Source of the DNA: Amoeboaphelidium protococcarum X5
Lineage: Eukaryota > Fungi > Aphelidiomycota
Length of the DNA stretch: 64,000 nucleotides
Direction: 5' to 3'
Assembly: GCA_023515725.1 (NCBI GenBank)
Contig: JALDTO010000155.1
Location: forward strand, 124,001 to 188,000
Below are positions 42,430 through 55,803 of this stretch, one piece after another. A program made the position numbers and the translations under genes. The stretch's first letter is position 1. Each line of letters opens with the position of its first letter. The notes beneath the pieces are model-generated. The model was not told the DNA's origin, did not search any database, and saw only the letters and a list, made by a program, of their open reading frames with translations.

Positions 42430-43595
42430 TCACTTTATCATGTTGGCAGTACGTACAACGCCTTTACCAACTTTTTCTTTATTATTCCAAGCAGCTTTAC
42501 CCGCAGCTTTGGCTTGATCAGACTGCGCTACTTTGATCAACGTTTCCTTGTTGTCGTACGCAGCTTTCATTGCCATCTGGCCTTGTTTAGAGCCGGCAAT
42601 CTTTTGAGCGGCAGCTGCAGTCTCCTAGCCATCTTTTGAGGTGGCATACTTGAACATTTCCATTTGGGATGGTGGCGCGTTATTATCACTCTGCTTAGGA
42701 GTGGCCGCAACTTTAGAATTCTATTAATTTTGCTATTTCGGTGCGTTTTTGTCAGTGGAAGAGACAGGCCTACTGCTACAAAGAGTTGGCGATGCAATTG
42801 CTGCACTTAAGACAAATGAACGAGCCCATTGCAGTTGATTAGGGGGCAACTTTTCCGGGACCGGGACTTTATCATTAACTAGACGCGCAATGATGTGCAT
42901 GGCAATGATAAATTCACCGGGCTTTAAAGCGTTAGCAGAGGATGATTAATTCTAATCATACACCAGTTGCCAGACTTTAGCCAAACTGTCTTTGCCTGCG
43001 CCAGATGTGGACCAAAGTTGCTTCACTGTACTAGCTTCCACTAATCCGCAGTTATCTGGATCGTGTTTTCTAAATATCTTCACGTAAGAGTTGAATCTAT
43101 CAGCCGGAATGAAGTCTGGTGCAGATACAGTGATACTACCGCCTTGACTAGGCAGAGATGCATTAGATGAATTGTTAGAGCGTAGTGGGATAGGTGGAGC
43201 GGGTGCCTTTTGCTTCTTACTCGCGGTGACTTATTAAGCACTTTATTGTTGCTACTATACAGAGTAGGAATCAACATCCACATCGGCAATCTTTGGTCTT
43301 GGCTTTACAGGAGGCGGTGTATCAACTTGCTACTACTTTGGTGGTTGATCTTCATCTTTAAGCTGTACATGCGTGCTGGGAATCAAGCCGCGCTACTGAG
43401 TGTTTATTAAAGTGGCGACTAACCACCCATCTTCACTAGATTATTACACTACATATAACTAAAATATTAATAAGATGATTGTATAACGCGAAATGCAAAT
43501 GTTTATATCTTACCATCGCAAAATTGATCATTGGTCTGGAATGACAATTCATCCTAATCTTCAGCGTCGCATGGGTGAATTGCTACAGCTCTCAT
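42430..43595 (-). CDS. SH3 - Pro/Gln-rich - EH domain protein; intron 43449-43513
   Basis: SH3 AVAIHPCDAEDQDELSF...EDGWL...RGLIPSTHV; EH YVKIFRKHDPDNCG...LAKVWQL...EFIIAMHII...VPEKLPP. Confidence 0.8.
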
Positions 43596-43754
43596 TACTT
43601 ATAAACTTTTTAACGCCTCTTAATTCGATTATTTTTTACTAAATTTGCTATTGAAAAAATCAAGATTGTCTTGATTTAATTAAGCATTAGATATTTTCAA
43701 GAAATTTGAGATAAATTTAGACCATTGAGCAAGTGATTGATTAGAGAGTTGATT

Positions 43755-44666
43755 ATGCTCAATTGGAGGCACATGATTCAGGCTACAGCTTTGCGTCGAA
43801 AGATTTCAGTGAAAGATCATTATGCGGGTGAATTCAGTTTGTAAAAACTTTTAAGCAAGATTGAACAAGTATCCTCTGGCTAAGACAGTATTGTAACAGA
43901 TGACATTGATAGCTTGCATGTTGGTGGATCTGAAGCTACATTGCGGCTGGTCAAGTTGGCGCAAATACAAAATGGGTCCAAAGTTCTTGATTTAGGATGC
44001 GGTCTGGGAGGTACAAGTAGAATGCTGGCGTCCTAATTAAAATGTAGCGTTCTTGGCGTGGATTTCTCTGAAGCATTCATCGATGGCGCTCAACAAATAG
44101 CTCAATTACATTTAGCTAAATAACAAAACTTTGAACTATTAGATTGGAGGCAGCATAGTAGTGGCGTACCTGCCTCTGGTGGTCAACTCTATTACGAAAT
44201 TGGAGATATTAGCGCGACATAAAGAATAGATGGAGAGTTTGACGTTGTTTGGATATGTCATGCGTTGATGCACTGCCGCAACGTTTAATCGTTAATGGAG
44301 AGTTTGCATAGTAAGCTGAAGACTGGCGGTAGAGCGGTAATCTACGACATTTTCAAGTCTCAGACATTCGATGATGCTGATATGCGTGTTCCTCTGCCAT
44401 TTACCTCTGATCGATCCCAAGTCTCTTTACGCACTTTATAATAGTTTCAAGAGTATCTAGATGGTAAGTTCAAGGTGAGTTAAATTGAAGATTGGTCATC
44501 ATTCGGCCTTTAATGGATGGAGAGGACTCGTTCGCATGTGCCTTTAATATCACCAAAGCTAGTATTGGGTGGAGATTCGGCCAAGATGAAGAGCATGAAT
44601 ATGAGACACCATTTATCATAAGGAGACTTTATATTGATGACAATTGTCTTAAATAAGCAAGAGTGA
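43755..44666 (+). CDS. Class I SAM-dependent methyltransferase (sarcosine/dimethylglycine MTase-like, bacterial-type)
   Basis: DSLHVGGSEATLRL, VLDLGCGLGG, VLGVDFS, FDVVW, LKTGGRAVIYD. Confidence 0.8.
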
Positions 44667-45136
44667 AAATGATGAGTGTATTATTTTATTATTAAGACGC
44701 ATTTATTTCTTGCGTTTGTCCAGTAGGTATCACTGTATATAGATTGGTTCTCCCGTTTATTGTCTCATGTGTGTATAATCTGCTTAGTAAGTACAAGCTA
44801 TATTAGCACACGCGTCGATCAAGTATCAACAGCTGACTCTCTGGGGGCTTAGATGATCAACATTGTTTCAAGTGAGCCGCCTCTCTAATCATTGACATCT
44901 CGAAGAGGCAAGTATCTGCAGTATATACGCGCGCCTCTTATGAGCATTGATTTCTTCCACTTAACGTGTTAATATATAATTCATCTTATTAACATATATT
45001 TATCTTCTTGTACTTCTGTTGGTGTCTCTGTTGACTCTTAGTCTTTTCATATAGCTTCCCGTCTTGTTCATATTGTGTATATAGTTTGTCCTATACTTAA
45101 ATTTTCGTGTTAGCAAACTTTCATGCAAATAACGCA

Positions 45137-45209
45137 AGGCTTATAGCGCAGTTGGTAGCGCGCTCGCTTAGCGTGCGAGAGGTCTCGGGTTCAATTCCTG
45201 ATGAGTCCA
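45137..45209 (+). tRNA. tRNA-Ala (anticodon AGC)
   Basis: 73-nt cloverleaf: G3:U70 pair, D arm tagcgcagttggtagcgc, anticodon stem ctcgc/gcgag with loop ttAGCgt, T loop ttcaatt, downstream T-run terminator. Confidence 0.9.
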
Positions 45210-45554
45210 TTGCTTTTTATCATTACAGTTTAAAAAGTATCGCGTTCTTTTTAACCTTCAAGCAGCCATCTCCACTATCTGCCGTAATCAGTTTTGACGC
45301 ACCAATACTGAATCGGTCCAAAAAAACAAGCGTTTAAATGAATCTAGTGTCCAAAAACTCAGACTAATCGATCAGTCTTAGAGGCACCGATTTAAAAATT
45401 TCTGTATCCAGACATGTAACCGCAAGATAACGTTAATAAATCGCTTTTTGCATCAGACCGTTCTTTGAAACGTTACGCGGCTTAAAATGCATTTCATCGT
45501 TGTTTTAGCTCTTTGTTCTGTCCAAGTCAACGCCTTCGTGTAAAACTGCTCAAC

Positions 45555-46793
45555 ATGTCTGAAGTTTTATTTTACGAGTATAGTAGAGAGACGATTATCA
45601 TATCAATCAGTTTTCTGAGCATTTATTTACTAGTGTTTAGTGTATTGTATCGATTAAAATCAAGGTTGCATTGGGCATCTTAATTCCGACTACTTCGATA
45701 TGTTGTAGCCTTCAACTTGACTGTTGCCGCATGTTCCCTTCTTCTTGTCCCGTCATCCATAATTGCCAAGTATATTATTCTGAACTTTAGTACTATATCC
45801 TGGATTACGTGGCTAGACTCTTCACTCATGATATCTATATGGAACGTTGTGTACTGGACATAGCTATTTAGTATCATTGTTCTGACACCATTTTCCTATT
45901 TTCACTTGGAGTCCGTGTCCACAGGTCGGCAGAAATATCTGGAAGCTGGTAGAGTAACTCTGATGCTATGGCTATTGATTTATATTGCCGTCACTATATT
46001 GAGATTATTGTTGAGGGAATCATAGATGCAGACAATTGACTTTATCCACATTATGACAATGTTTGGCTCACTCTGCTACTTTCTGTACCTTGTTCCCAAA
46101 AGTTTTGCACATATTCTGCGATGACTATCTGCCAATGTGTATCAGAATGTATCCATACAGTATGAGTATATTACCGAGAGTTAAACGCGTCTATCTGTAC
46201 TTAATGCATTGCTCACGTTGATACTCATTGTCATAAGTGTTCTCATGGTCTGTTAGTTGTGCTTAAACTCTGTGTATGGACTGTTTTCAATGCTGCAAGT
46301 ATTGTACAGATCTGTATTTGCATCGTAGAAGGGACGAAATGTTTTGCTCTATTAATATGAAGATCTGCGGGCAAAGTAGATAGAGTCCATACTTACTAGC
46401 ACTAGTTCCTATTTGGGAATGTTTGGTGTCTTTATGGAATTTGTATTCTCCGTCTCACTATCAGCAGTGACAATCTCCAGTTGGATTATCGCGTCTTTAG
46501 ATAGTCAAGCAGCTGTCGCATCATCATCATCATTAAAGTGGTCTTCATAATTGGGAGGCCTAGTTAATTCATTTCTCATCCTCTTGGTATGCGCTGCTCT
46601 CCCAGTGGCCATTCGGGTGCTCGATATCAGCTCTCTTAGTTTACTTGGAACTCTGGGAATGTTGTATGATGAATACAATAATCAAGGGGAATATCCTATC
46701 TACAGCCTCATCTTCAAACTCATCCTCCTCCTACTTTCATGGCGAAAGTTTATAAAGTTTACTCTAAATATAAATGAAGTTGAATTTTAATGA
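45555..46793 (+). CDS. LMBR1/LIMR-family membrane protein
   Basis: SRETII..SFLSIY, SLLLVPSSII, WITWLDSSLMISIWN, LTPFSYFHLES and ALPVAIRVLDIS..SLLG match LMBR1-like motifs. Confidence 0.75.
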
Positions 46794-46947
46794 ATCTTGT
46801 GATGTTCCGTTGTAATAACACCCTGGGCGATAGTCTTAGGTGTTCTACTGTATGTTTAAACTCCTTCTCTTTTTACCGTGTATTCTCTATTGAGTAAAAA
46901 GTTACAAGTATTGTAAATCTATCAAGATACCAGTCATAAGAAAATTG

Positions 46948-48392
46948 ATGTAGAATATGGTGCAGATTGCTCCAAAGTTTGATAAAACGCGTATTTAATA
47001 AATAAACTTGATAAGTGCGTCTATAAAGGAGATTAAAGACGCGTTTACTCCAGTTGCTGTGGATGTCGCTGGTATAGTCACGCCCGTTAATAAGGTACAA
47101 GTCGTGTTAAAATCGCTGTCTTCAAAGTAGCTGACATTGAATATTAAGGGCGTCTAGTCTGTGCAGGTTTACGATGAATAGAATAAACTGATACTGCTCA
47201 AAGAGGGAATTAGATCTATACCAAAAGAGGAGTAGTTGGAATCATCACTGTAATGGCTCAGTGACGCGCAGATAGAAAATTCACCATTAAAGTTTGATTT
47301 TGAGCATTTCAACGCTCAGGATTTAATTAATTGCTTTGTGTAAACTCACTCTCAAGATGACAGTTTGTAGTTTGGTTGTTCATATGAACACGTTGGTCAT
47401 ATTGCTCATCTGAACCTGGGCGACGATTCACCTCTGCATCGATATAGATTTGTTATTGGCGCAATTCTGCTTGAAAAGACTCCTAATGCTAGTCTGATTG
47501 TGAGAAAGGTTGGTAAAATTGAAAGTACATTCAGAACATTTGATATGGAGGTGTTGGCTGCCTCCAATCCAAATGATATTTTCTTTGATTGTTTGGTGTC
47601 TGAAAATAACTGCCGTTCAAGTTTGATTATAGACGCGTATATTGGAACTCTCGTCTGGGCCATGAACACGAGCGATTGACAAAGCTTATTCATAGCGGCG
47701 ATAAGTCATCTACAGTGCTTGACGTGTTCTGCGGTGTTGGTCCCTTCTCTATTCCCCTGACTAAGTTGAAGCATCGCGTCTATGCTAATGACTTGAACCC
47801 AGATTCTATACACTGGCTGAAATAGAATGCAACTTTGAATAAGCTTAAATTTGATGAAGAATTAATTGTTGAAGGTGATTCATAATAGAAAAGTCCTGAA
47901 ACCGCTTCAAGTAGTGGGTTGCGAAAGTCTGCATCTTTATTGAGTATCTCTAATGAAGATGGACGACATTTCATGCGGCGATATCTTCCTAAACTATTAG
48001 CTGATGGTAGTAACAATAATGCTATACATATGATTATGAATTTACCAGCTATAGCGATAGAGTTCTTGGATGTTATTGGTGAATTTTACCGCAATAATGG
48101 TCGATAGATGCCTAATGTGACCGTTCATTGTCATTGCTTCACCAAAAATGTTACTAATGCCAGGGAAGATATCATTGGCCGAATGGAGAAATCTCTCAGT
48201 CTGCCGCGTTCCCTTTTTGACATTTAGCTGCTCCATCATGTTCGAACTGTAGCTCCTAATAAAGATATGTTTTGCGTCTCGTTTAAGCTAAAGTCTGGCG
48301 AAGATGACTGTTCTCAAGTGAAGGTGAAGCGCGTATCTGATGAGTAGTTGGTGGACGATAAAGTAAAAGTTGTAAAACTTGATGAAAACTGA
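46948..48392 (+). CDS. TRM5: tRNA (guanine-37-N1) methyltransferase Trm5, interrupted by a 1-nt frameshift near 47616
   Basis: HVGHIAHLNL and FRTFDMEVLA in one frame; FDYRRVYWNSRL, DVFCGVGPF, ANDLNP and MNLP in the -1 frame. Confidence 0.85.
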
Positions 48393-48454
48393 TCATCGTA
48401 CTATAGAACTTTAAATTGCATCTAGTATTATATCCAAGTTTCATCAATCATAAT

Positions 48455-51010
48455 TCATAAAAATATCTTCTCGTACTTAGCGATCCATGACTCGAGAATG
48501 GTGGATGCAATGATGACCGACATTAGTCCACTCTTCTGATTCTAATTCACTCCAGCTCTCTTGAGACTATACTCATTGCAAAATAGACTTGGGCCAAATA
48601 TGCGTGCTATAGTGCGTTTATTCATCCGTTTACTTCCTTCCCTGATGTGCACAGACTGATAGGCAATCATGTGCACGAAAAAGCCAACAATAAACTTGAG
48701 CGTGTTAAACTCTGGAGGAGACGTCACTTGAGGATCATTTAGGAGCGTTTTAACTTTTCTGATCACGGTACTCGAATCTTGCTGTGAAGAGTGAACAGCA
48801 TTCAATTGCTATAGCAGTTTCGGTTTGATGACACACAAATGCGTTTTGTGACACCAAAGTCTCAACAACGCTGCAGCATCGGTTGGCTCTTACAGGTCGC
48901 GAACGCTGATTTAACCAGTCTATTCGTAGTGATAGAACCACTTCTCGATGTCGCTTTTATTGCCTTAAACTTTAAAAAGACCATCAACACTCAGCCGCTC
49001 TTCTTTAATAAGGAAGTTGACGCACACCATAACTAGACGTGGAACATAATCAGTATTAACCCGGAATATTTAACTTGTCCAATTCAGTCTTGGATCCCTG
49101 GTGTCAGGCGGGGAGTTGCTTTTGGCGAGATCAAATAACACAGCTCTATGTTTCTTTGACGTGCTTTCGTTATCCTATGGGAGCATAAACTGACTCGATT
49201 GATCGCATTGAATAAAATCACCAGATGCTTTCTTGCGCGAAGCCAACAGATTAATCTGCATTTTCCGACGAAGGTCAGAAGATTCTTGAACCACTTTACG
49301 CTGAGGTGTAGACGTTACAAAATCAGACATTGTGTCATCAGCATCTCTAAAACTCTAAATCTTCTTTTGCTAAATCTCTTATAAAAGTGAGAGTTCCTCT
49401 CTACCTCCGTTATCCCAGCGATTACGCATTGAAACTTATAAGATGGATTTCTTACGACCCGATGGAGCACCAACTTCTGACTAGACTTCCGTGACAACTA
49501 GATTGCTTGCCGTTTAAAAGTCACTCAGTGTATCTGCCGGCTCCTAATTATCATCATCATGATGCAGAAATTTCTCAATTGACAAACAGCTACGTGGATT
49601 CCATACTCTGCCGAAATTACCATCTTCATCTTCGCAGTACCACCATAACCCGTGCTGAGACTTGCTGGAATCGTTCTGACGCGGCACATTCTGATCATTA
49701 CCCCACTCCAAAACGTAAAGATAATCACCAATTTAAAACTTCAGCTCGTCTGAATATAGCGCGTCAACGGTGCCAGTTAACTTGCTACTGATTTGATGAG
49801 GCTTCTTGGCTCTAACAATAGCTAGTCTGGGAGCAGCGATACTATCGGCACAGCTCATCTCATCATCCATCATTTCAGATTCTTGAGGAATATCAAGATC
49901 AGATGAGCATGGAGTAGGAGATCCATATTATAGAGTAATGTCGAAAGCAGACTCGGGAGTTTTTGCAATGGGACTCGCGGTCGCTTCAATAAGTTATTGC
50001 AGTAGAATAGACTAACATTAGTGAACAGCTCTCTTATAACCATCCACCATGGTAGACTTGTCCTTCTTCAGACTTTCAACTAGAATAAAAGCGTACTCTG
50101 CAGTCAGAATCAATTCGCCAAAAGGCAGCTTATCATTCGATATCTCATCTACCGTTATACTCAGATCCTTATCAAAGTCATTGAGGATTGTTTCATGCTG
50201 TATTAGCAAATCCTCAATCTAGAGTTTCAATTATTAGGCAGTAAAAAGCTCACCCGACGCAAGTGACAAACTAGATTATGCCAATTCAACCAGACTAGGC
50301 ACGGTCTCTCTTTCGAATTACTTTATCATTTTATGACAGGAATCTATGCGATCCTACAGGGCGGAGGTGACTGTCAATTCAACATTACAAGCATCCTCAA
50401 GAGAATTCCATTTGGCTACAGACTCTCGCGGAGATGTGGCACTAGAGTAGGCCTACTCTGCAAATAGTGTCTACAACTCTTTCCTCTCCACTTTAAACCA
50501 GGTAGCTATGGACGGAGCACATTGTTATAACTGTGCATAATCTACGTCTTTTAATTTCAGCAAAATTTTCGATCGTCGAGTCAATTCTTCTTGTTTGAAT
50601 TCCAACGCGTGATGGATTGTCCGCATTATTGATTTGTACGCAGCATTAGATGCCTTGACATACTCATTCAAAGACTTTAAATCTTTTTTCAGTAGATCCA
50701 CGTCTCTCTGTTATAATTGCATTTCTATTTAATCTATTTGATGAGTTATTTATTATTGCTAGAATAAAATCAATCGGATAGAAGTAGTTGCTCTACTAAT
50801 TATGTAGCATTCACTCAGCGCCAGCAACAAATCACGTTCCAAATCGACGCGTCTTGGTGATGGCGAGTTTTGATTGGACAATAACATATCTTACAATCGC
50901 TTATGTGATGTAGTGTAGCATTAACAATTGATGTAACCACATGCAAATGTAAATTGATGACTTTGATGATATTATGATGCAGGAAACGAATTTTAATGAA
51001 ATTCACGCAT
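48455..51010 (-). CDS. Coiled-coil (BAR-like) plus C-terminal RhoGAP-like domain protein
   Basis: VPRLVMVCVNFL...DGLFKVQG, TLKFIVGFF and MNKRTIARIFGPSLF; helical N-terminal half. Confidence 0.7.
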
Positions 51011-51527
51011 TTTTATATTAAACAAAGATCAATTTATTTACAGAGTCTTATTACGAACGTTTACCGGAGTTGAAATATGTATACGGTCGAGCGCGGGTAC
51101 TTCATTATCAACTATATTGTACTAACAATGGTTTAACAATATAAGGTGAAGGTTCAAACAAAGAAAGTGTGGCGTATGAGACTCCTCTCGAGCGATCTGA
51201 GTGTGTGTGTGAAAAAGGCTCAAACGCTGAAACACAAACAAAGAAACAAACGCGCGCGATCACTCACACCGAAACACACGGCACGGGGTAAGTTTTGCAA
51301 AATGACGACGAGGAGGCGCCATTTCCTATTTCTCTCTCTCTCTCCTCATTTCATTCATTTTACTTACACACTCGGCAAAGAGTTACTGAAGTTGAATTAG
51401 ATCTGGTCGGCACTTTTACCTGTCATCAGATCTGTCATCATCATAGTCTTATTATTACTCCTGCAGTCGATAGATTTTAGAATTAATACAATACCTATTA
51501 ATATAGAGGTGTGTGTACCTATTTGTG

Positions 51528-53831
51528 ATGGAAGACACTACGGCTTTAAAGAATCAGGATGAAAAAATTGTTAGGATGCAGAGAATTATAGAGAGAGAGT
51601 TTGATTATGAGTTGTTGATCCAGAAGAGACATATCAGGTAGATCGAGGCGGAAATTAGTAGAGGTGAATTGATTCTGTAGACCCTTGGTGAGCTGTTGCG
51701 TAAGAGCTGTCGATAATCACCTCATATCAATTCACCGTTACTCATTAAGTAGCATCTTGAATTGGAATATAGTTTCAGAGCTGACTAGGCACATGGTATC
51801 AATAGTTAGTCTTGTGGTAGAGAAGATGGCCTGTTTCTTCGTAGTCACTCATCATCCTCCAAAGTTGGTAGATCTGCAGTGGGCGAAAGTTCGTTTACTT
51901 TTGATTCATCTTCATTAAGCAGTTTTAATGCCGTGGAAGTAACGCCTAGACCATTGTAGTAATAATAATAATAGTAATACAAGAGAAGACCTGGAAGACC
52001 GCGGTTACATGCAGTCAAGTCTCGCATCATAAAGCTCAAGTTGCCCAATGTAGTAGCATCATCGTCTGAAGTTATCAGGCCAAAGTTGGTTATTAAATTG
52101 AACAAAAATTCACTGGAGAATCATCATATTTAGCGGTAGAATTCTATTCTCAACGATCTTCATGACCAAGTTAAATCTATTGCCATCGACAGCCACTCAC
52201 AAATTAATGAGGATAACCGGATGGATGTTGATGAAGATCATTAGTCTGATGAACTATCCGTGGTGAGTTCCATTGATGTGTAGTCTGGTGGAAGTTCTCC
52301 TAGAATCACGTCGATCAATATAAGTGGTACTAATCAAGATATAAATGCGATGGATGAAGTGGCTCTGTTCAGTAAATCCAGCATGTACTTGAATAAAGTG
52401 CTATTGTTGGAGTGCACTGCGCGCAAGGTGGATGAAGTGTTTAAACTTTTGATCACATTTACTGAACATGGTTGTACAGACTAGCAATAATCTTCTCTCA
52501 TGGCCATAATATAGTCTATCAGCATCCGATTATTCTGTGATGGCAATTAGAAAGATGTTGTTTATCTCTCAAAATAGCCACTGAAGGTTGTGGTGGAGAC
52601 TGCTCAAGATTTCACGGCGCGTACTCGTATTCAGTTCAAGTCGATCGACGGTAAAGAGTGTGGTAAACCTTTTGAATTTATTTAGAATTTCATGGTGTCT
52701 TCTGTAGAGGATTGTGATTAGGAGAAGCTTATCAACTTGGTGCATCAGAGATTTGTCGTTAATTTGTCCAGAGATTTGCATATTCCTTAGTCTATGATCT
52801 ATTAAAATGGTGAACAACATCAAGATTTGGTCATCCCGTCTGTAAGTCTTCTCACTCAAATGTCCTCTAGCATTAGTAATCACTCGGAAACTGTGCTTAG
52901 TAGTGATGCTGCTGAAGATTAGTTTGATGTTAATGTTCCAGTGGCTATTGGATCTTTCTAGAGCAGACGCCAGGTTGATGAGGCTGTTTATTGTATATAT
53001 TGCGGTATCAGATTCACCTCAACTGCTGAGCTAGATGGCTAATCGAGGTGTTTTAGCCACTAGAGCATGTGCAAAATGCGACCTCTTAACAAGAAGTGGA
53101 AAGTGCGCAATAAACTCATCAGTCTTTCTACTCCACAGCTCATATATTAGACATTTGATGAAGTGCAAAATTACTGTTAGACTGAAGATTACGAAGCACC
53201 GAACATGAAAGCGTTATACCCTCTTCTGAACAAGTTTTTATCCAATCCGCTGGAGTCTCAGTGCTCTTATCTATTAGATTAGTCAACTCCTGGTTCATCA
53301 TAAAGTGGTGGAAATGTAAATTCTGGTCAAGATATATGGAATGTGCTGTCAGAAGCGAGTAATGTATTCCCATTGCAACTTTAGCTCTCAGGCAAAGATT
53401 CTCGCGCCATTGTGGACGGCTATAATTACATGAGACCAGATACATTGACTCTATTCACTTCCGCAGTCAAGATGTTTCTGAAAAAGATGGTGGATGATGC
53501 CGTTCTGCTCATTGAAGAGGAAATTAATGAAGATCCGGATGAGGTCGCACAGACTCTGGATGATGGTGCTGCAGATTAACGTCTAATCACTCCTTTCCTG
53601 ATCTACAGAGTGCTGCTGTGGAAAAAGGATGAAGAGTATGATTTCCTGCTCAATTCATACATGGAAAGTTTCGGTGGCTCTTCTTTCACATCTGTTCTTT
53701 AGTAATAATAATAATAATCATAATAGTAGTAGCAATCTACTTTACTTGAGCTCTAATCTCGATAAGGTCTACCTAGAGGAAGTTCGTTTGACAATATGAA
53801 GGACTTGGAAATGGATCATCCTATTCTTTGA
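51528..53831 (+). CDS. YEATS2/Ahc1-like chromatin protein with AT-hook
   Basis: N-terminal IIEREFDYELLIQKRHIRQIE coil; KRRPGRPR AT-hook; C-terminal histone-fold-like AVKMFLKKMV...ITPFLIY...YDFLLNSYM. Confidence 0.6.
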
Positions 53832-54107
53832 CATTGCTGCCTTTTTATGGTAATTGTGAATAGTGATGCGCCGTGACTTAAAAATTGTTAATATATTGAA
53901 TACTTTATACTTGATTATTTACTATTGTTATATTTGTGAGGTATTGATGAGCTTCAATTCTGCACCAAGTGCCACTCACAATGTGCTGGTATGAATTCGA
54001 ATTGCTATTTTTAACTTCTTTGTCCTGCCTAATACATCAACTTAATTTCTTTCAATAATCATAGTAGTATAAGAGAAATACAATCCTTATCCGAGATATA
54101 TAATACA

Positions 54108-55589
54108 ATGGTGATATCGCGCAAGGTAAAAGTGTGGTGCGGATATAGCATGATGTTGCTTCTAGGACAATCTATGTCGTAATCCGTTACAACCACCACT
54201 TCCTTGTTGCCAACCGGAGAAACTAAAAACATATTGGACGATGTATTTTCTCCTGCCAACACAATAATTATTGCAATCGCTGGGTCTGCAGTTGGAGCAT
54301 TGATTATAGGTGTGATCGTATTCTGTCTAATACGAAATCGTAGACGCAGATAGCGTTAATCTTCGTCTGATTTGAAATAATCACCACTGTAACAATAGAA
54401 ACGGTTGAAATCAGCTGGTTCATCCTAGTAGAAGTCTAAGTCTAATAAGTAAAGCGCATCCCCGCAAGTAGTCGTTGATAAGAGCGCAAATCGTGCCGAG
54501 AATGCGACACTGTAGTAATAGACCAAGTAACAAGATGTCGGATTCGAGGGGACCGTGTATGACGCTACTATTGTGCAGACAGTAACTGCTGGTACAATGT
54601 ACAATGCTGATGCAGAAGCACCGCTGAATATTCCGGGATTCTTATAGATTGACATCACCAAGGATGTGGATAAATCGTAAGTGATTGCACAAGGTGGATT
54701 CGGTGAGGTGTACGAAGGTCTCCTGCTGAGTGAGAATATTCGTGCACGATTTCCACGTATTAACCGCATCGCAATAAAGTTAATCAAGCCGCCGTAGAGC
54801 ATATCAGAGGAGGAGAATAGAATTGTGTTTGACCAGGAGGTGGCGTTGATGTGGCACTTTGATGGTCATCCTAATTTCATTCAGCTGATTGGATATTCTC
54901 ATTAACCTCTAGTCACTGTGACAAAGCTGTATGAATTTGGAAGTCTAGCCAATTTGATATATGGTAAAAAGTCAATTCCCAACATGAAGTACAATTTCTA
55001 TTTAGTGCTTAAGCTCGGTGAAGATATTGCGTCAGCTTTGTTTGAATTGCACACTCGTAAAATTGCTCACAACGACGTGAAGCCGGATAACGTGTTGATT
55101 GACTTTGATTATCTTCAGTAGCCAGTTGGTGTGATTTGTGATTTCAGTATCTCATCGGTGCACAGTGAAGAATTGCTTGGAGTTAAAGCGTTCAGAAAAT
55201 CTCAGTTAGAAGGTGCGTCTATTCATTATTGTCCTCCGGAGCTTTTGATGGAAGTTAGAAATGATCCGTTGGAGAAGGTGGAGAAGATTCCTCTCGCAGT
55301 AGATGTTTACGCATTTGGTCTTCTACTCTTTGAAATGGCAACTCGTAAACATCCTTGGCACAAGATGCCTCAAGGAGAGATTATCAATGCAGTGTGTGCC
55401 GGCAAGAGACCGCATATTCCTGCACAGATAGTAGAAATGGCTGCCAAAAATCCACAGACTAGTTTCATGCTGGAATTGATCTCTCGTTGTTGGAATCAAG
55501 ATCCCGCTCAACGTCCTTCTATTGCGGAAATCAAAGGCAAGTTGATGAGTATAAACAATTCATTATAGTCTCGTAAAGGACAAGATTGA
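54108..55589 (+). CDS. Single-TM receptor-like kinase (TKL-like, non-RD); start uncertain
   Basis: TM IIIAIAGSAVGALIIGVIVFCLI followed by RNRRRR; IPGFLQID; GGFGEVY, AIK, HNDVKPDN, DFS, DVYAFG, CW..DP..RP. Confidence 0.85.
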
Positions 55590-55803
55590 ATACTTAATAA
55601 ACTCACGTGATTAAAATTAGTGTTTTTCGTTATATATAGTATTTCAACACTAGAACGAACTTAACACCGTAAAAGATCCAGCAAATAAACGCGTTCAGGA
55701 GTAGGCCATCACATTAATGCAATCGACAATCAGAATTTTCCCACGCTCCTAGTTACTAAAAGTAAAACATAGCTAAATAGAATAAGAAGCTCGATTTAGC
55801 GCG

